Positions 34,654-44,600 of a stretch of DNA of 60,463 bases are shown here, piece after piece (within the stretch, counting starts at the first letter, position 1; every line of letters begins with the position of its first letter). The position numbers were made by a program, and so were the translations under genes. Under the pieces are notes generated by a model, which saw nothing but the letters and a program-made list of their open reading frames with translations, did not search any database and was not told the origin of the DNA. The stretch is from a virus. Taxonomy: Duplodnaviria > Caudoviricetes. Location of the stretch: IMG/VR virus record IMGVR_UViG_3300011335_000321, positions 1 through 60,463 of that record; one strand, given 5' to 3'.

Positions 34654-36213
34654 ATGGAAATCGTAGAAGACAGAGCACTTATCTTACGTACAAGGAACCC
34701 GCACAAATACTCCATCATCCCTAAGAGCAAGGCAATGCCCCGTGCAGACGGAGGCTACGATGTCGCTGTGTATTGGGGCTTGGATGAAGCGCGGGTCTTG
34801 CGTAACCTAGGTGTCAAAGATGTACCATCGCCTATCACTAGGCGCTATGACTGGCCGGGGCGCTACAAGCCCATGGCGCACCAGATCGAGACTGCGGCAT
34901 TCCTCACGATGTACAGGAGAGCCTTCGTGTTCTCTGAGCCCGGCACGGGTAAGACGCTGTCTGCATTGTGGGCGGCTGACTACTTGATGAAGCTCAAGAA
35001 AGTGCGTAGGGTTCTCATCCTGTGCCCCTTGTCGATCATGCACAGCGCATGGATGGGTGACATCAACAACAGCGTGATACATCGCTCTGCCGTTATCGCG
35101 CACCATGCTCAGGCTAGTCGCCGCATCGAGATGATTCAGCGTGACTATGAGATCGTCATCACCAACTACGAAGGGCTTAACCTGATCGCAGACGAGGTGC
35201 GTAACGATGGCCGCTTTGATCTTGTGATTGTCGATGAAGCCAACGCATACAAAACCATCACCACACGCAGATGGAAGGCGCTGAACTCTATCCTCAACCC
35301 CAACACGTATCTGTGGATGATGACAGGCACACCCGCCTCGCAGTCACCTGTCGATGCGTACGGCTTGGCCAAGTTGGTTAACCCCGAAGGTGTGCCCAAG
35401 TTCTTCACAGCATGGCGCGATCAGGTGATGAACAAACTGACGATGTTCAAGTGGGCGGCAAAGGCGGATGCCAAGGACAAAGTGCACGAAGCACTGCAGC
35501 CTGCGATACGCTTTACCAAAGCAATGTGCCTTGACCTGCCCCCTGTCATTACCATGACCCGTGAGGTTGCTTTGACCCCACAGCAGAACAAGTACTACAA
35601 CTTGCTCAAGGAGCGCATGCTGGTGCAAGCCGCAGGCGAGACCATCACGGCAGTCAACGCCGCCGCTGGCGTATCCAAGCTTCTCCAGATCAGTTGTGGT
35701 GCGGCATATACAGACGACAAGGAAGTGGTTGAGTTTGACTCAGCGCCTAGGCTTGCCGTGCTTGAGGAAATCTTGGAAGAGACCGATCGCAAGGTCATCA
35801 TCTTCGCGCTGTTTCGAAGCACCATCGATACGATCAGCAACTACCTCACCAAGAAAGGCATCAACAACGAGTGCATCCACGGGGACATCTCACCAAGCAA
35901 GCGTGGTCAAACGATAAGCCGCTTTCAGAACGAGTCTGACCCAAGGGTACTGGTGATGCAGCCTGCGGCCTCTGCGCACGGCATTACGCTGACTGCCGCT
36001 GATACTGTGGTGTTCTATGGCCCGCTCATGTCCGTTGAGCAGTACATCCAGTGCTGTGCCCGTGCTGACCGCAAGGGGCAGGACTCCGACAAAGTTACTG
36101 TGATTCACATTCAGAGTAGCGCCATCGAGAAGAAGATGTTTAAAGCGTTGGAAGGGAAAGTTGACGACAACATACTCCTGACCGACATGTTCGAAACTGA
36201 AATTAAATCTTGA
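34654..36213 (+). CDS. SNF2-family helicase
   Basis: EPGTGKT, VDEA, MTGTP, HGITLT, Q...R..R.GQ. Confidence 0.92.
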   Translation: MEIVEDRALILRTRNPHKYSIIPKSKAMPRADGGYDVAVYWGLDEARVLRNLGVKDVPSPITRRYDWPGRYKPMAHQIETAAFLTMYRRAFVFSEPGTGKTLSALWAADYLMKLKKVRRVLILCPLSIMHSAWMGDINNSVIHRSAVIAHHAQASRRIEMIQRDYEIVITNYEGLNLIADEVRNDGRFDLVIVDEANAYKTITTRRWKALNSILNPNTYLWMMTGTPASQSPVDAYGLAKLVNPEGVPKFFTAWRDQVMNKLTMFKWAAKADAKDKVHEALQPAIRFTKAMCLDLPPVITMTREVALTPQQNKYYNLLKERMLVQAAGETITAVNAAAGVSKLLQISCGAAYTDDKEVVEFDSAPRLAVLEEILEETDRKVIIFALFRSTIDTISNYLTKKGINNECIHGDISPSKRGQTISRFQNESDPRVLVMQPAASAHGITLTAADTVVFYGPLMSVEQYIQCCARADRKGQDSDKVTVIHIQSSAIEKKMFKALEGKVDDNILLTDMFETEIKS

Positions 36214-36220
36214 AAGGGGG

Positions 36221-36263
36221 TTGCAAGATCAAGAAATCCATGTAAACTGTCCAACCTTAGACA
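36221..36263 (+). promoter_or_regulatory. Promoter with a TGTC-N8-GACA box over the start site
   Basis: TTGCAA-16 bp-TAAACT; TGTCCAACCTTAGACA at 36248-36263. Confidence 0.58.
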
Positions 36264-36284
36264 ACAAAACAACAGGAGAAGCAA

Positions 36285-36686
36285 GTGTCAGAAGACTCAG
36301 TACCGCTAGACAAACTAGCAAAAATCTACCGCAAACTGCGTAGCAAGATTGCCGACCTGACCCAAGAGTACGACACGCAAGTGGAGATACTCAAGGCGCA
36401 ACAGGAAGAGATCAAGAACGCAATGAAAGACCAGATGAAGGCGATTGGCGTCACATCTGTACGAACCACAGAAGGCACAGTCGTGCTGTCTGTGAAAACA
36501 CGCTACACCACACAAGACTGGGACTCGTTCAAGAAATTCATGATCGAGCACGAGGCCATTGAGTTGTTGGAAAAGCGCATCGCGCAGACCAACATGAAGC
36601 AGTTCTTGGAAGAAAACCCCGGGGTCGTACCGCCCGGACTCAACTCAGCATCTGAGTATGACATCTCTGTACGCAAACCTACTTAA
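36285..36686 (+). CDS. Conserved replication-module coiled-coil protein
   Basis: GTG after AGGAGAAG; DW..F..F......LLEKR...PPGL. Confidence 0.8.
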   Translation: MSEDSVPLDKLAKIYRKLRSKIADLTQEYDTQVEILKAQQEEIKNAMKDQMKAIGVTSVRTTEGTVVLSVKTRYTTQDWDSFKKFMIEHEAIELLEKRIAQTNMKQFLEENPGVVPPGLNSASEYDISVRKPT

Positions 36687-36698
36687 TTGGAAAACAAA

Positions 36699-37682
36699 AT
36701 GAGTAACATTACCATGTTCAGTGCATCTAACGTTCCTGCTTTCGCTAAGAACGCAGAACTCTCAGCAACCACTTTGGCCTTGGCCGGTAACGTGAACGCC
36801 GGTGGCGGCATGAAGCGCGTCTCGATCAAGGGCGGTGTCTTCCGTCTGCTGTCTAGCGGTAAGGAGATTGCCTCGATTGAAGACCGCCACTTGGATGTCA
36901 TCATCGTCAAGGCCGCACCCAAGGTCAGCCGTATTTTCTACGCTGGTGGCTACGATAAAGACGCGGCTGCAGCCGCCCCTGACTGCACCTCTGCTGATGG
37001 CGAAAAGCCCGATGCTGGTGTGAAGAACAAGCAGTCTTCAAGCTGTGCCACATGCCCACAGAACATCGCTGGGTCTGGCAATGGTCAAAGCCGTGCATGC
37101 CGCTACCAACAGCGCTTGGCTGTGGTGTTGGCCAACAACCCCGAAGGCGATGTCTTGCAGGTCACCCTGCCCGCCACATCCATCTTCGGCAAGGAAGACG
37201 GCGAGAAGCGCCCATTACAGGCATACGCCCGCTACATGGCGGCTCAGACTCCTCCTGTTAACTTGGACTCCATCGTGACCCGTATGAAGTTTGACACCAA
37301 GGCTGAGTCTCCCAAGTTGTTCTTCGCCCCTGTGCGTTGGTTGACTGAAGATGAATACGATTCAGCGCAAACGCAAGCCAAGTCTAAGGACGCTGAGAAG
37401 GCCGTGGCTGTCACCCCTGCCTCTGCTGATGGCGTTGCCGCCCCTGCACCGCTGGCCATTGAAGGCAAGCGCCCCACAGCCAAGCCCATGGGCGAGATGA
37501 TGGATGAGGACGAAGCCGAAGCCATGGCCGAAGTTAAGGCCAAGCCCAAAGCCAAGCCCAAGGCTGTCGAGGTGGAAGCCGAGGAAGAGCCAGAAGTGCG
37601 TAAAGCCGCACCCAAGGTTGAGTCTGTGCCAGCTAAGAAAAGCAAGCTGGCCGACATCGTGGCTGACTGGGACGATGAGTAA
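36699..37682 (+). CDS. ssDNA-binding / annealing protein
   Basis: R.SIKGG.F, PDC.S.DG..P, C..CPQN..GS...AC; acidic tail WDDE. Confidence 0.72.
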   Translation: MSNITMFSASNVPAFAKNAELSATTLALAGNVNAGGGMKRVSIKGGVFRLLSSGKEIASIEDRHLDVIIVKAAPKVSRIFYAGGYDKDAAAAAPDCTSADGEKPDAGVKNKQSSSCATCPQNIAGSGNGQSRACRYQQRLAVVLANNPEGDVLQVTLPATSIFGKEDGEKRPLQAYARYMAAQTPPVNLDSIVTRMKFDTKAESPKLFFAPVRWLTEDEYDSAQTQAKSKDAEKAVAVTPASADGVAAPAPLAIEGKRPTAKPMGEMMDEDEAEAMAEVKAKPKAKPKAVEVEAEEEPEVRKAAPKVESVPAKKSKLADIVADWDDE

Positions 37683-37689
37683 TTGAATC

Positions 37690-37766
37690 GGGGGCGGGTA
37701 ACCCGGCAACCAAGGTGGTCATGGAACTGAATCTGTAAGCCAGCATCCCATGCCCCGCCCCCACCT
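37690..37766 (+). ncRNA. Structured RNA element 1 (leader of the 37782 gene)
   Basis: 9-bp closing stem GGGGGCGGG/CCCGCCCCC; inner CAUGG/CCAUG. Confidence 0.55.
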
Positions 37767-37781
37767 TACAAGGAGAAAACA

Positions 37782-38003
37782 ATGGACAGCGAAAATAAAT
37801 TCTGGCTCAGCATCTGCGGCATGGTGACTATTGTCCTCGTATGCATGATCGGCTCTTGCACCTTGGGCATGCAAGACAAACGCGACAAGTGGGAGAAGGC
37901 CGTAACCAACGGCGCTGATCCTATGGTGGCTTCGTGCGCAGTTTTTAACAAAACACGTATGGACGAAGCCGCTTGTTTGTTAATGTCACAGAACAGGAAA
38001 TAA
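37782..38003 (+). CDS. Small membrane protein (73 aa)
   Basis: SD CAAGGAGAA; N-terminal hydrophobic helix. Confidence 0.72.
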   Translation: MDSENKFWLSICGMVTIVLVCMIGSCTLGMQDKRDKWEKAVTNGADPMVASCAVFNKTRMDEAACLLMSQNRK

Positions 38004-38008
38004 AGATC

Positions 38009-38098
38009 GGGGGGAAAGCGGATGCTGCGGGATCGCCTTACAGAGAACCCAAGTGGTGCCCCAAAAGCTCTGACGCAGTGCAGCGAGTACCCCCACCT
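38009..38098 (+). ncRNA. Structured RNA element 2 with a loop-E/sarcin-ricin-like motif
   Basis: GGGGG/CCCCC stem, GAA opposite AGUA, then CUGCG/CGCAG and CAGAG/CUCUG helices. Confidence 0.6.
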
Positions 38099-38104
38099 AA
38101 CACT

Positions 38105-38383
38105 ATGGCCTATTCACAAAAAATCATTGACGATGTAGCGAAGACACCCAAGTCTCTGGGCAACCAGCTTGGGCGTTGGGCAATCCATCTTGACTTTCCG
38201 GTCACGAAGATTGCGTTCGCTCTCGGAGTCTCACGGCAGACCGTTTACAACTGGTTCACGGGCACGGAAGTGTTCGTGGCCTATCGTAACCGCGTCGAAT
38301 TCTTAACCAAAATAATGCAGACCTCTCGCACAGCAGACGAGGCATGGAGAAAAATATGTACGGAATACAACCTCGATCCCTGA
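38105..38383 (+). CDS. Cro/XRE-like HTH regulator
   Basis: VTKIAFALGVSRQTVYNWFTG helix-turn-helix; probable ATG 38105. Confidence 0.82.
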   Translation: MAYSQKIIDDVAKTPKSLGNQLGRWAIHLDFPVTKIAFALGVSRQTVYNWFTGTEVFVAYRNRVEFLTKIMQTSRTADEAWRKICTEYNLDP

Positions 38384-38541
38384 CCACACAGGAACTCGTG
38401 CGCTACAGCGCTGAACTGATTGAGTTGCCCACAGGTATGCCAAAGGAATGGCAGATAGAAGTCTTGCGCCGCTTGACCGTCATGGCACCGCTTGACGAGC
38501 ACCAGTCTAGAGACCCTAAACAGCTCGACCTATTCCTGTAA
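38344..38541 (+). CDS. Small hypothetical protein (start 38344 or 38359)
   Basis: Between the HTH gene and the primase; ends QLDLFL. Confidence 0.65.
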   Translation: MEKNMYGIQPRSLTTQELVRYSAELIELPTGMPKEWQIEVLRRLTVMAPLDEHQSRDPKQLDLFL

Positions 38542-38557
38542 CCTACCAAGGAACTCA

Positions 38558-41449
38558 ATGACCCCGCTTGATTTTTTAGCGGTTGTTCTGCCGCCGCCAG
38601 AATATGGCCGGTACTGCGTAGCAGAACTTACGAAGAAGAAAGAGCATGCCTTTGTGGACACGCTCGATCAGACATCAGCGCCAATTGCCCGTTGGCACGA
38701 AGACAAGTGTGACGTCTACTTTGCCTTGGCTACCTTTGGTGATGAAGACAACCGCACTGCTGCAAACGCAAAGTATGTCAAAGCCCTGTTCATCGACATG
38801 GATGGCTACGCCACAAGAAAAGATGCCGCGCTTGCGCTCAATGCGTTCATGGAGAAGACTGGGCTTGAGGCTGTTGGGACGCCTTACGTTGTGGCATCTG
38901 GTGGCGGCTTGCACTGCTACTGGCCTTTGACTGAGGCTGTGTCCATCGACTCATGGAAACCTGTGGCCGAGAACTTCAAGCGCTTGTGCAAACAAGAAAG
39001 CTTGGCGATCGACATGACTGTGACGGCTGATGCCGCCCGAGTCTTGCGTGTGCCCGGAACTACCAACTTCAAGAAGAAGTACGCAACGCCGCGCCCCGTG
39101 CGCATACTGTCTGACGGCGACACGTTTGACTTCGACTTGCTGGCCGAGCATCTGCGCAACAAGTTGGTGGGTACTGTGTACGAAGCGCAAGCTCCCAAGC
39201 TTGAGTTGCCCGGCTCCCGCCCCTCTGCCGCCTCTGCCTCGGCAACCAGTGTCACTCTTTTCTCCAACAGCGTGACCAAGTTCAAACCAATCTGGTTGGC
39301 TACGCAAAACGCAAAGGGTTGCAATCAGCTTGCACACTACGTTGAACACGCAACCGAAGAAGGCATGGAGCCGATCTGGCGTGGTCTTCTGTCATGGACT
39401 AAGGTCTGTGAGGACGGCAACAAGGCGGCTGTGTGGTTGAGCAAGATGCACCCGTACGAGCCAGAGCGTATGAACCAGAAGCTTCAAAGCATCAAAGGCC
39501 CGTATCCTTGCATCAAGATGGACTGCGAGAACCCCGGCATCTGCCCAAGCTGTCAGCACTGGGGCAAGATCACGAACCCTCTGTTGCTAGGACGCGAGAC
39601 TTCTGTCGAGGTGCAGGAGAAAGAGATCGAAATCACCCTTCCAAGTGACAGCACCGCAACAGTCAAAGAAACGCTCAAGGTCATGCGCCCAACACCGCCC
39701 CGTGGCTATGCCTACGGCACCAATGGCGGTATCTTCATGGAGCGCACAGTCGAGGACGATGATGGGGCTAAGACCAAGAAGCAAGTCATGTTGCTTCCAT
39801 ACGAGTTGTTTGTGGTGGACATCTTGAACAGCAACAGCGATCACACAGTGCACATGATTGCGCTCAAACCTGAAGGCGCTGTGAATGTGACGATGCCGCA
39901 GAAGGCTGTGGTCAGCAAGGACGAGACAGTCAAGGCGTTGGCAAGTCAGAATGTGGTGGCAGCTTTCGGCTCCAACAACGATAAAAATCTTTTTGAATAT
40001 GTGAGGGCATGCGTGGAAGAATCTAGTACAAACAAGGTAGCCGTCAAGGTTCCCGACAGTTACGGCTGGCAAGCCGATAATACATACGTGTATGCAGGGC
40101 GAATCTTTAGCAAAGGTCTGCCGCCAATCAAAGTGCCGATGCCCGGCCTTGAGAACATCACAGTCAACACCGAACCCAAGGGAACGATGGACAACTGGAG
40201 AGCGTTCGTCAATATGCTGATCGCCAAGAAGATGTGGAACCACTTGGCCATTTTGCTTGTCGGTGCTGGAGCGCCATTCATGCGCTTCACGGGCATCTAC
40301 GGCATGACGTACCACTGTGCCAGTACCGAGTCCGGTACGGGTAAGTCTCTGTCTTTGGAAGCCGCCGCATCTGTCTGGGGTCACCCCACCCACTACCGCA
40401 CAGGCAAGAGCACATCGCCTGTGGCCATGCAACAACGCTTGGGTTTACTCAACAGCCACCCACTCATCACGGACGAGATCACCGCGAAGAACCGCAAGGA
40501 CTTCGAGTGGTTGCCTGAGTTCTTGCTTGACATGACTGAAGGCCGAGGCAAGGAGCGTATGGAGTCCGGCTCCAACAAAGAGCGCTTGAACTTGTCCACA
40601 TGGATGACCAACGCCATCATGTCTTCCAACACGCACATCGTGGACTACCTGACTGGTGGACGCAACCATTCATCCGAGGGTGAACTGCGCCGCTTGCTTG
40701 AGTTTGTGCTTGAGGATGAACTGACTTGGGAGCCCCATGAGATTGAGATCATCAAGTCACTGCAGCACAACTATGGCGTAGCAGGTTTTGCCTTGGCTCA
40801 GTACCTTGCCGACAATGTGGCGACCTTCCCAGAGATGGTCAGTGCAGGTGTCACAGCCATGTACAAAGAGTTCAACGCCACCAACGATGAGCGCTTCTGG
40901 ATGGCCGGTATTGGCGCTACTGTTTGCGCTCTGAAAGCTTTTAAAGAGCTTGGCGTGATCGAGATTCCCTACCGCCCCATCATCAATGCGTTTAAGAAGG
41001 TTGTGGAGAACATGCGGGCAAGCATGAAGAGTAGTGTGCGCACTGCTGAAGATGTGCTGAACGCCTACACCCGTGACAGCTACGGCAACTTCGTGGTGAT
41101 CCGTCCAAGCACTGGCGGCTTGATGGCAGAACTGGGTAGCGGCAAAGAGATCGACATCTCCATCACCCGTAACAAGGTGCTTGGCAGGGTCGAGCATGAG
41201 TTGACGCCCAAGTACATCGACTACTACATCGAGGAGCAGTTGCTCAAGTCCTATTGCGCTTCCATGAGCTTTGGCTACACTTCGTTCAAGCGCCAGCTTG
41301 AGGACACCTTTCAGGTTGAGTTCGTCAAGAAGGACATGATGGCCAAGACCAAAGGCCCTCAGATGCGGGTAAGCGTGATGAAGATCAGGCGCAAAGTGGA
41401 GGACTTAGATGAAAGTATCCTCAATCCAGTTTCCGTGGACGAAAGTTGA
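38558..41449 (+). CDS. Primase-helicase (AEP/RepB-like primase plus DUF927-type P-loop helicase)
   Basis: IDMD, SGGGLHCYW, RVLRVPGT.N primase motifs; Cys cluster; SGTGKS Walker A and ITDE Walker B; ATG 38558. Confidence 0.88.
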   Translation: MTPLDFLAVVLPPPEYGRYCVAELTKKKEHAFVDTLDQTSAPIARWHEDKCDVYFALATFGDEDNRTAANAKYVKALFIDMDGYATRKDAALALNAFMEKTGLEAVGTPYVVASGGGLHCYWPLTEAVSIDSWKPVAENFKRLCKQESLAIDMTVTADAARVLRVPGTTNFKKKYATPRPVRILSDGDTFDFDLLAEHLRNKLVGTVYEAQAPKLELPGSRPSAASASATSVTLFSNSVTKFKPIWLATQNAKGCNQLAHYVEHATEEGMEPIWRGLLSWTKVCEDGNKAAVWLSKMHPYEPERMNQKLQSIKGPYPCIKMDCENPGICPSCQHWGKITNPLLLGRETSVEVQEKEIEITLPSDSTATVKETLKVMRPTPPRGYAYGTNGGIFMERTVEDDDGAKTKKQVMLLPYELFVVDILNSNSDHTVHMIALKPEGAVNVTMPQKAVVSKDETVKALASQNVVAAFGSNNDKNLFEYVRACVEESSTNKVAVKVPDSYGWQADNTYVYAGRIFSKGLPPIKVPMPGLENITVNTEPKGTMDNWRAFVNMLIAKKMWNHLAILLVGAGAPFMRFTGIYGMTYHCASTESGTGKSLSLEAAASVWGHPTHYRTGKSTSPVAMQQRLGLLNSHPLITDEITAKNRKDFEWLPEFLLDMTEGRGKERMESGSNKERLNLSTWMTNAIMSSNTHIVDYLTGGRNHSSEGELRRLLEFVLEDELTWEPHEIEIIKSLQHNYGVAGFALAQYLADNVATFPEMVSAGVTAMYKEFNATNDERFWMAGIGATVCALKAFKELGVIEIPYRPIINAFKKVVENMRASMKSSVRTAEDVLNAYTRDSYGNFVVIRPSTGGLMAELGSGKEIDISITRNKVLGRVEHELTPKYIDYYIEEQLLKSYCASMSFGYTSFKRQLEDTFQVEFVKKDMMAKTKGPQMRVSVMKIRRKVEDLDESILNPVSVDES

Positions 41450-41612
41450 AAAGGGGCAGGGGTTTTTTGTCCCCTGCCTCGACACGGACGCGGTGCGTGA
41501 ACTAGGCTTAAAGAAAGCCACCCTCAGTAGGATACTGGATGCCCGCGCTATTGCAGGCATCCAGAACGGTTTTACTGGGGTTTGGTTTTATCGAAAACCT
41601 CCCGCACAGTAG
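41409..41612 (+). CDS. Small conserved protein, last gene of the early arm
   Basis: SD GGAGG; FPW......GFFVP motif; overlaps the convergent late gene end. Confidence 0.7.
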   Translation: MKVSSIQFPWTKVEKGQGFFVPCLDTDAVRELGLKKATLSRILDARAIAGIQNGFTGVWFYRKPPAQ

Positions 41613-44600
41613 TCGCTATCCTGATCTTTGTCTGACGGATATTGTCAAGGCGCTCACGCTTCTCTTCTGGGGACATGTTAGACGCTCTGATGGCTGCTTC
41701 TGCTTTGGTCAGCATGTTCATCTGCTGAGTGATGTTGCCCGCCATCGTTGACTGCGCGTACAGCGTGATGTTCTTTTGCAAGTACTCCGTAGCCTCAGCG
41801 CGTCTGCCTTCCTTGACCAAGTTGTTAAACGTCTTTTGGACTTGCTGTGCTTCTTTCAAATGCTCGTACATATCGCTAAGTCTGCCGCCGGCATCTTCAG
41901 GCTGGAACAAACCACCAAATACAGGCGTGTCAGACAAGCGCTTGGCGGCTCGTTCTGGTGAGCCAGTGGTAGGCACGGCCATGCTGACAGCCTGTAAGAA
42001 CGCAATACCCATACCGCCTGTGTAACCGCGCACAAGGTTCTCTACCTTGATAGGCGAGACGTCAAACATCTTGCCGATGCCTTTGGCAATCTCTGTTGTG
42101 TTGTCGCGGTAGCGGTACGCAGGCTCAACCATCTGCTCTTTAGCAGACTCGATCTGACGGCCACTAAAGAAAGAGTAGCCAGTCACGTTCTCAACCATAG
42201 GTTTGACAGCTTGGGGCAGCAGCAACGAGGAGCCACCGGGGATGGTCTGAAGCGCAATAGACTTGAACGCCTTGAACGCTTCTTCACCGCCACGTTCTGA
42301 ACTCATTGTGTTGATGATAGCTTCGGGGATACCCTTGAAGATGTAGCCAACCTCAAACGGCACAGGGATACGCAACGCGCCTTCCATGCCGGGCACATGC
42401 ACAAAGAAGTTACCGTACTTCTCTTCGGGGTTTGCATTTTTGTACGTCTCATCATCCTGCATGAGCAAGGTGTACGCCACGGCTGTAAGCGCCAGCAAAG
42501 ACCCACGTTGAAGCAACTTGCTCTGAATGGCCAAGCGCTCGTTCATGGGCATCTTGCCAGCAAATGCGCGGTACAAAACGTCCAAACTCTGCAACTGTGC
42601 GTTGAAGAACGGGATCATTTTGGAGGCCAACGCCACGCTTGGGGACACGCCACGGCGGTTAAAGTTCATGGACTCCAGAGACATCAGCGTGGCTTCCATC
42701 TCAGACAAGCCCTGCTCAAGGTAGCTGTTGTACTGGGCGCGGCGTGTAGCGGCATCCGCTTCCATCGACAAGCCTTCGGCTTTGCTAATTAGTGTTGACC
42801 AGTTCATGGTCTTGCCTGCTTGCAGATCGCGTAGGATTTTAGTCAGGTCTTCGTTCGTGCCAGTGAAAATCTGACCGCCTGTGATACCGCGGCGCTCAAG
42901 CTTGTTCTTTGTAGCAGACGCGCCCATCTCTTTAATTGCGCCCATGACAGGAACAAAGTTAGCGCCAGACAGCAACGGGGCTGCTACAGAGTCGCGCACT
43001 AGCTGACGGAACGCATACAGCGGCGAAATCGTAACGGCCCTACGCAAGAACGTAGCGGGCATGCCCATGACAGCCACCACACCACTGTTGTTAATTGGTA
43101 TGCCCTCCATGCCCTTAACCAGCAAATCTGACGGGATGCCCAACTCGTTGGTGGCTACTTGCACGTACTTTTCAACACCCTTGTCTTTGAACGACACGAT
43201 GTCCTTGCCGGATGTGGCAGTGCCAAGGAAGTTTGCCAGTTTCAAACCAACCAACTCGTACATGGCGTTCTTAGCGGCAAGATTGCGCAGGGACATGTCA
43301 ATCAGCATCGATGTGTTTTGCACAGAGCTAGTCATGAAGTCGAGCACTTTTTCTTCGCCGCCAATCAACTCTTTCAAATAGGGCTGCTCACGCAGGTTAC
43401 CAATTTTGATTGTGCCCTCACCGCCAATGACCAACACAGCGTTGCCGTTTTGTTCGCGGTAGTATGGGATGTAGTCGTTGCTGGCAGACAAGCGAGCGCC
43501 TTCTTCTGGTGTGATAGAGCCGCAGTCGATGGCCAGCTTGATTAAGTTTTTGTTGTAGCTGTTGTACTCGTCACGGGCTTTTGTAAACACATCACGCACA
43601 GGCTTGTCGCCATCAATCTGCTTAACCACAGCGCGAAGCTCGGCTTCTGGCACTTTAAAGTTCAGCTTGTCGTAACCCAAACGCTCGGCACGTTTACCCA
43701 GCAGGTACATGGTGAACAGCTTGTTGGCGGCTTCAGCGTTCATGTTGGGCGTGTCTTTGAGGATACCCACCACGCTTGCCAAGCTTGGGCCTTCCACGCT
43801 TTCAATGATGTACTCTGTGCGACCATCTTCACGCTTTTTAGCCACACGCTGGGGCACACCAAAGCCTACGGCCTGTTGTGTGTATGACATACGCTGATCA
43901 TACATACGCAAGTAGTACATCATTTGCATGCCCTTAAGCGGCTCAAGCATCTCGTTGGCCACTTTCTCAAGCGGTGCCAAACGATCAAGCACTTGGGTGC
44001 GGAAAGCCAAGCCAAGGTTAGCCTCAACCCGCTGACGGATTGTCTTAGGCGAAGCAATGATCTGGTCAACAGTCTCAAGAGCGCTCTCGTAACCCGGAGC
44101 ACTTGGCTTGGGGGCGTAACGGATTGGATCGTCAGTTTCAGTCAACGCCTGTACAGGCGGTGCTTCGGCAATCATCTTGGGCGCTGTGATACTGCCTTCG
44201 TCTGCCCCGATCATGTCTGTAGAACTAAACAGGTCATTAAATCTAGCGCCGATAGACATGCCTTCTTTTAATGACAAATCTCCACCGCGGCTAAACAGCC
44301 CGCGTTTTTCCATTGACATTAAACCAAAGTATTCAGTGACGTTTTCTATGTTGACCGTGCCGCCATCAGCGTCAAGTCTGTCGTAGACATCATCCAAAAA
44401 CTTTTTATCTATTCGTTTGCCGGCATCGACAAAAAACCGATTCATGATTACAAGCGGCTCGGGTTCAAAATCCGCAAACGGCAAATCGTTGGTAAAGCGG
44501 TCTATACCGGACTCTTTTAATTTTTTCTTTAAAGCGGCTTGCAAACCACTGGCAATAGTGTGTGCAAGGCTGATTAAGTTGCCGTCATTTTTGAACACAT

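Noticed and set aside
37690-38098. tRNA genes
   Set aside because: Terminal stems followed by ACC are acceptor-like, but there is no TTC T-loop, D-arm or anticodon arm
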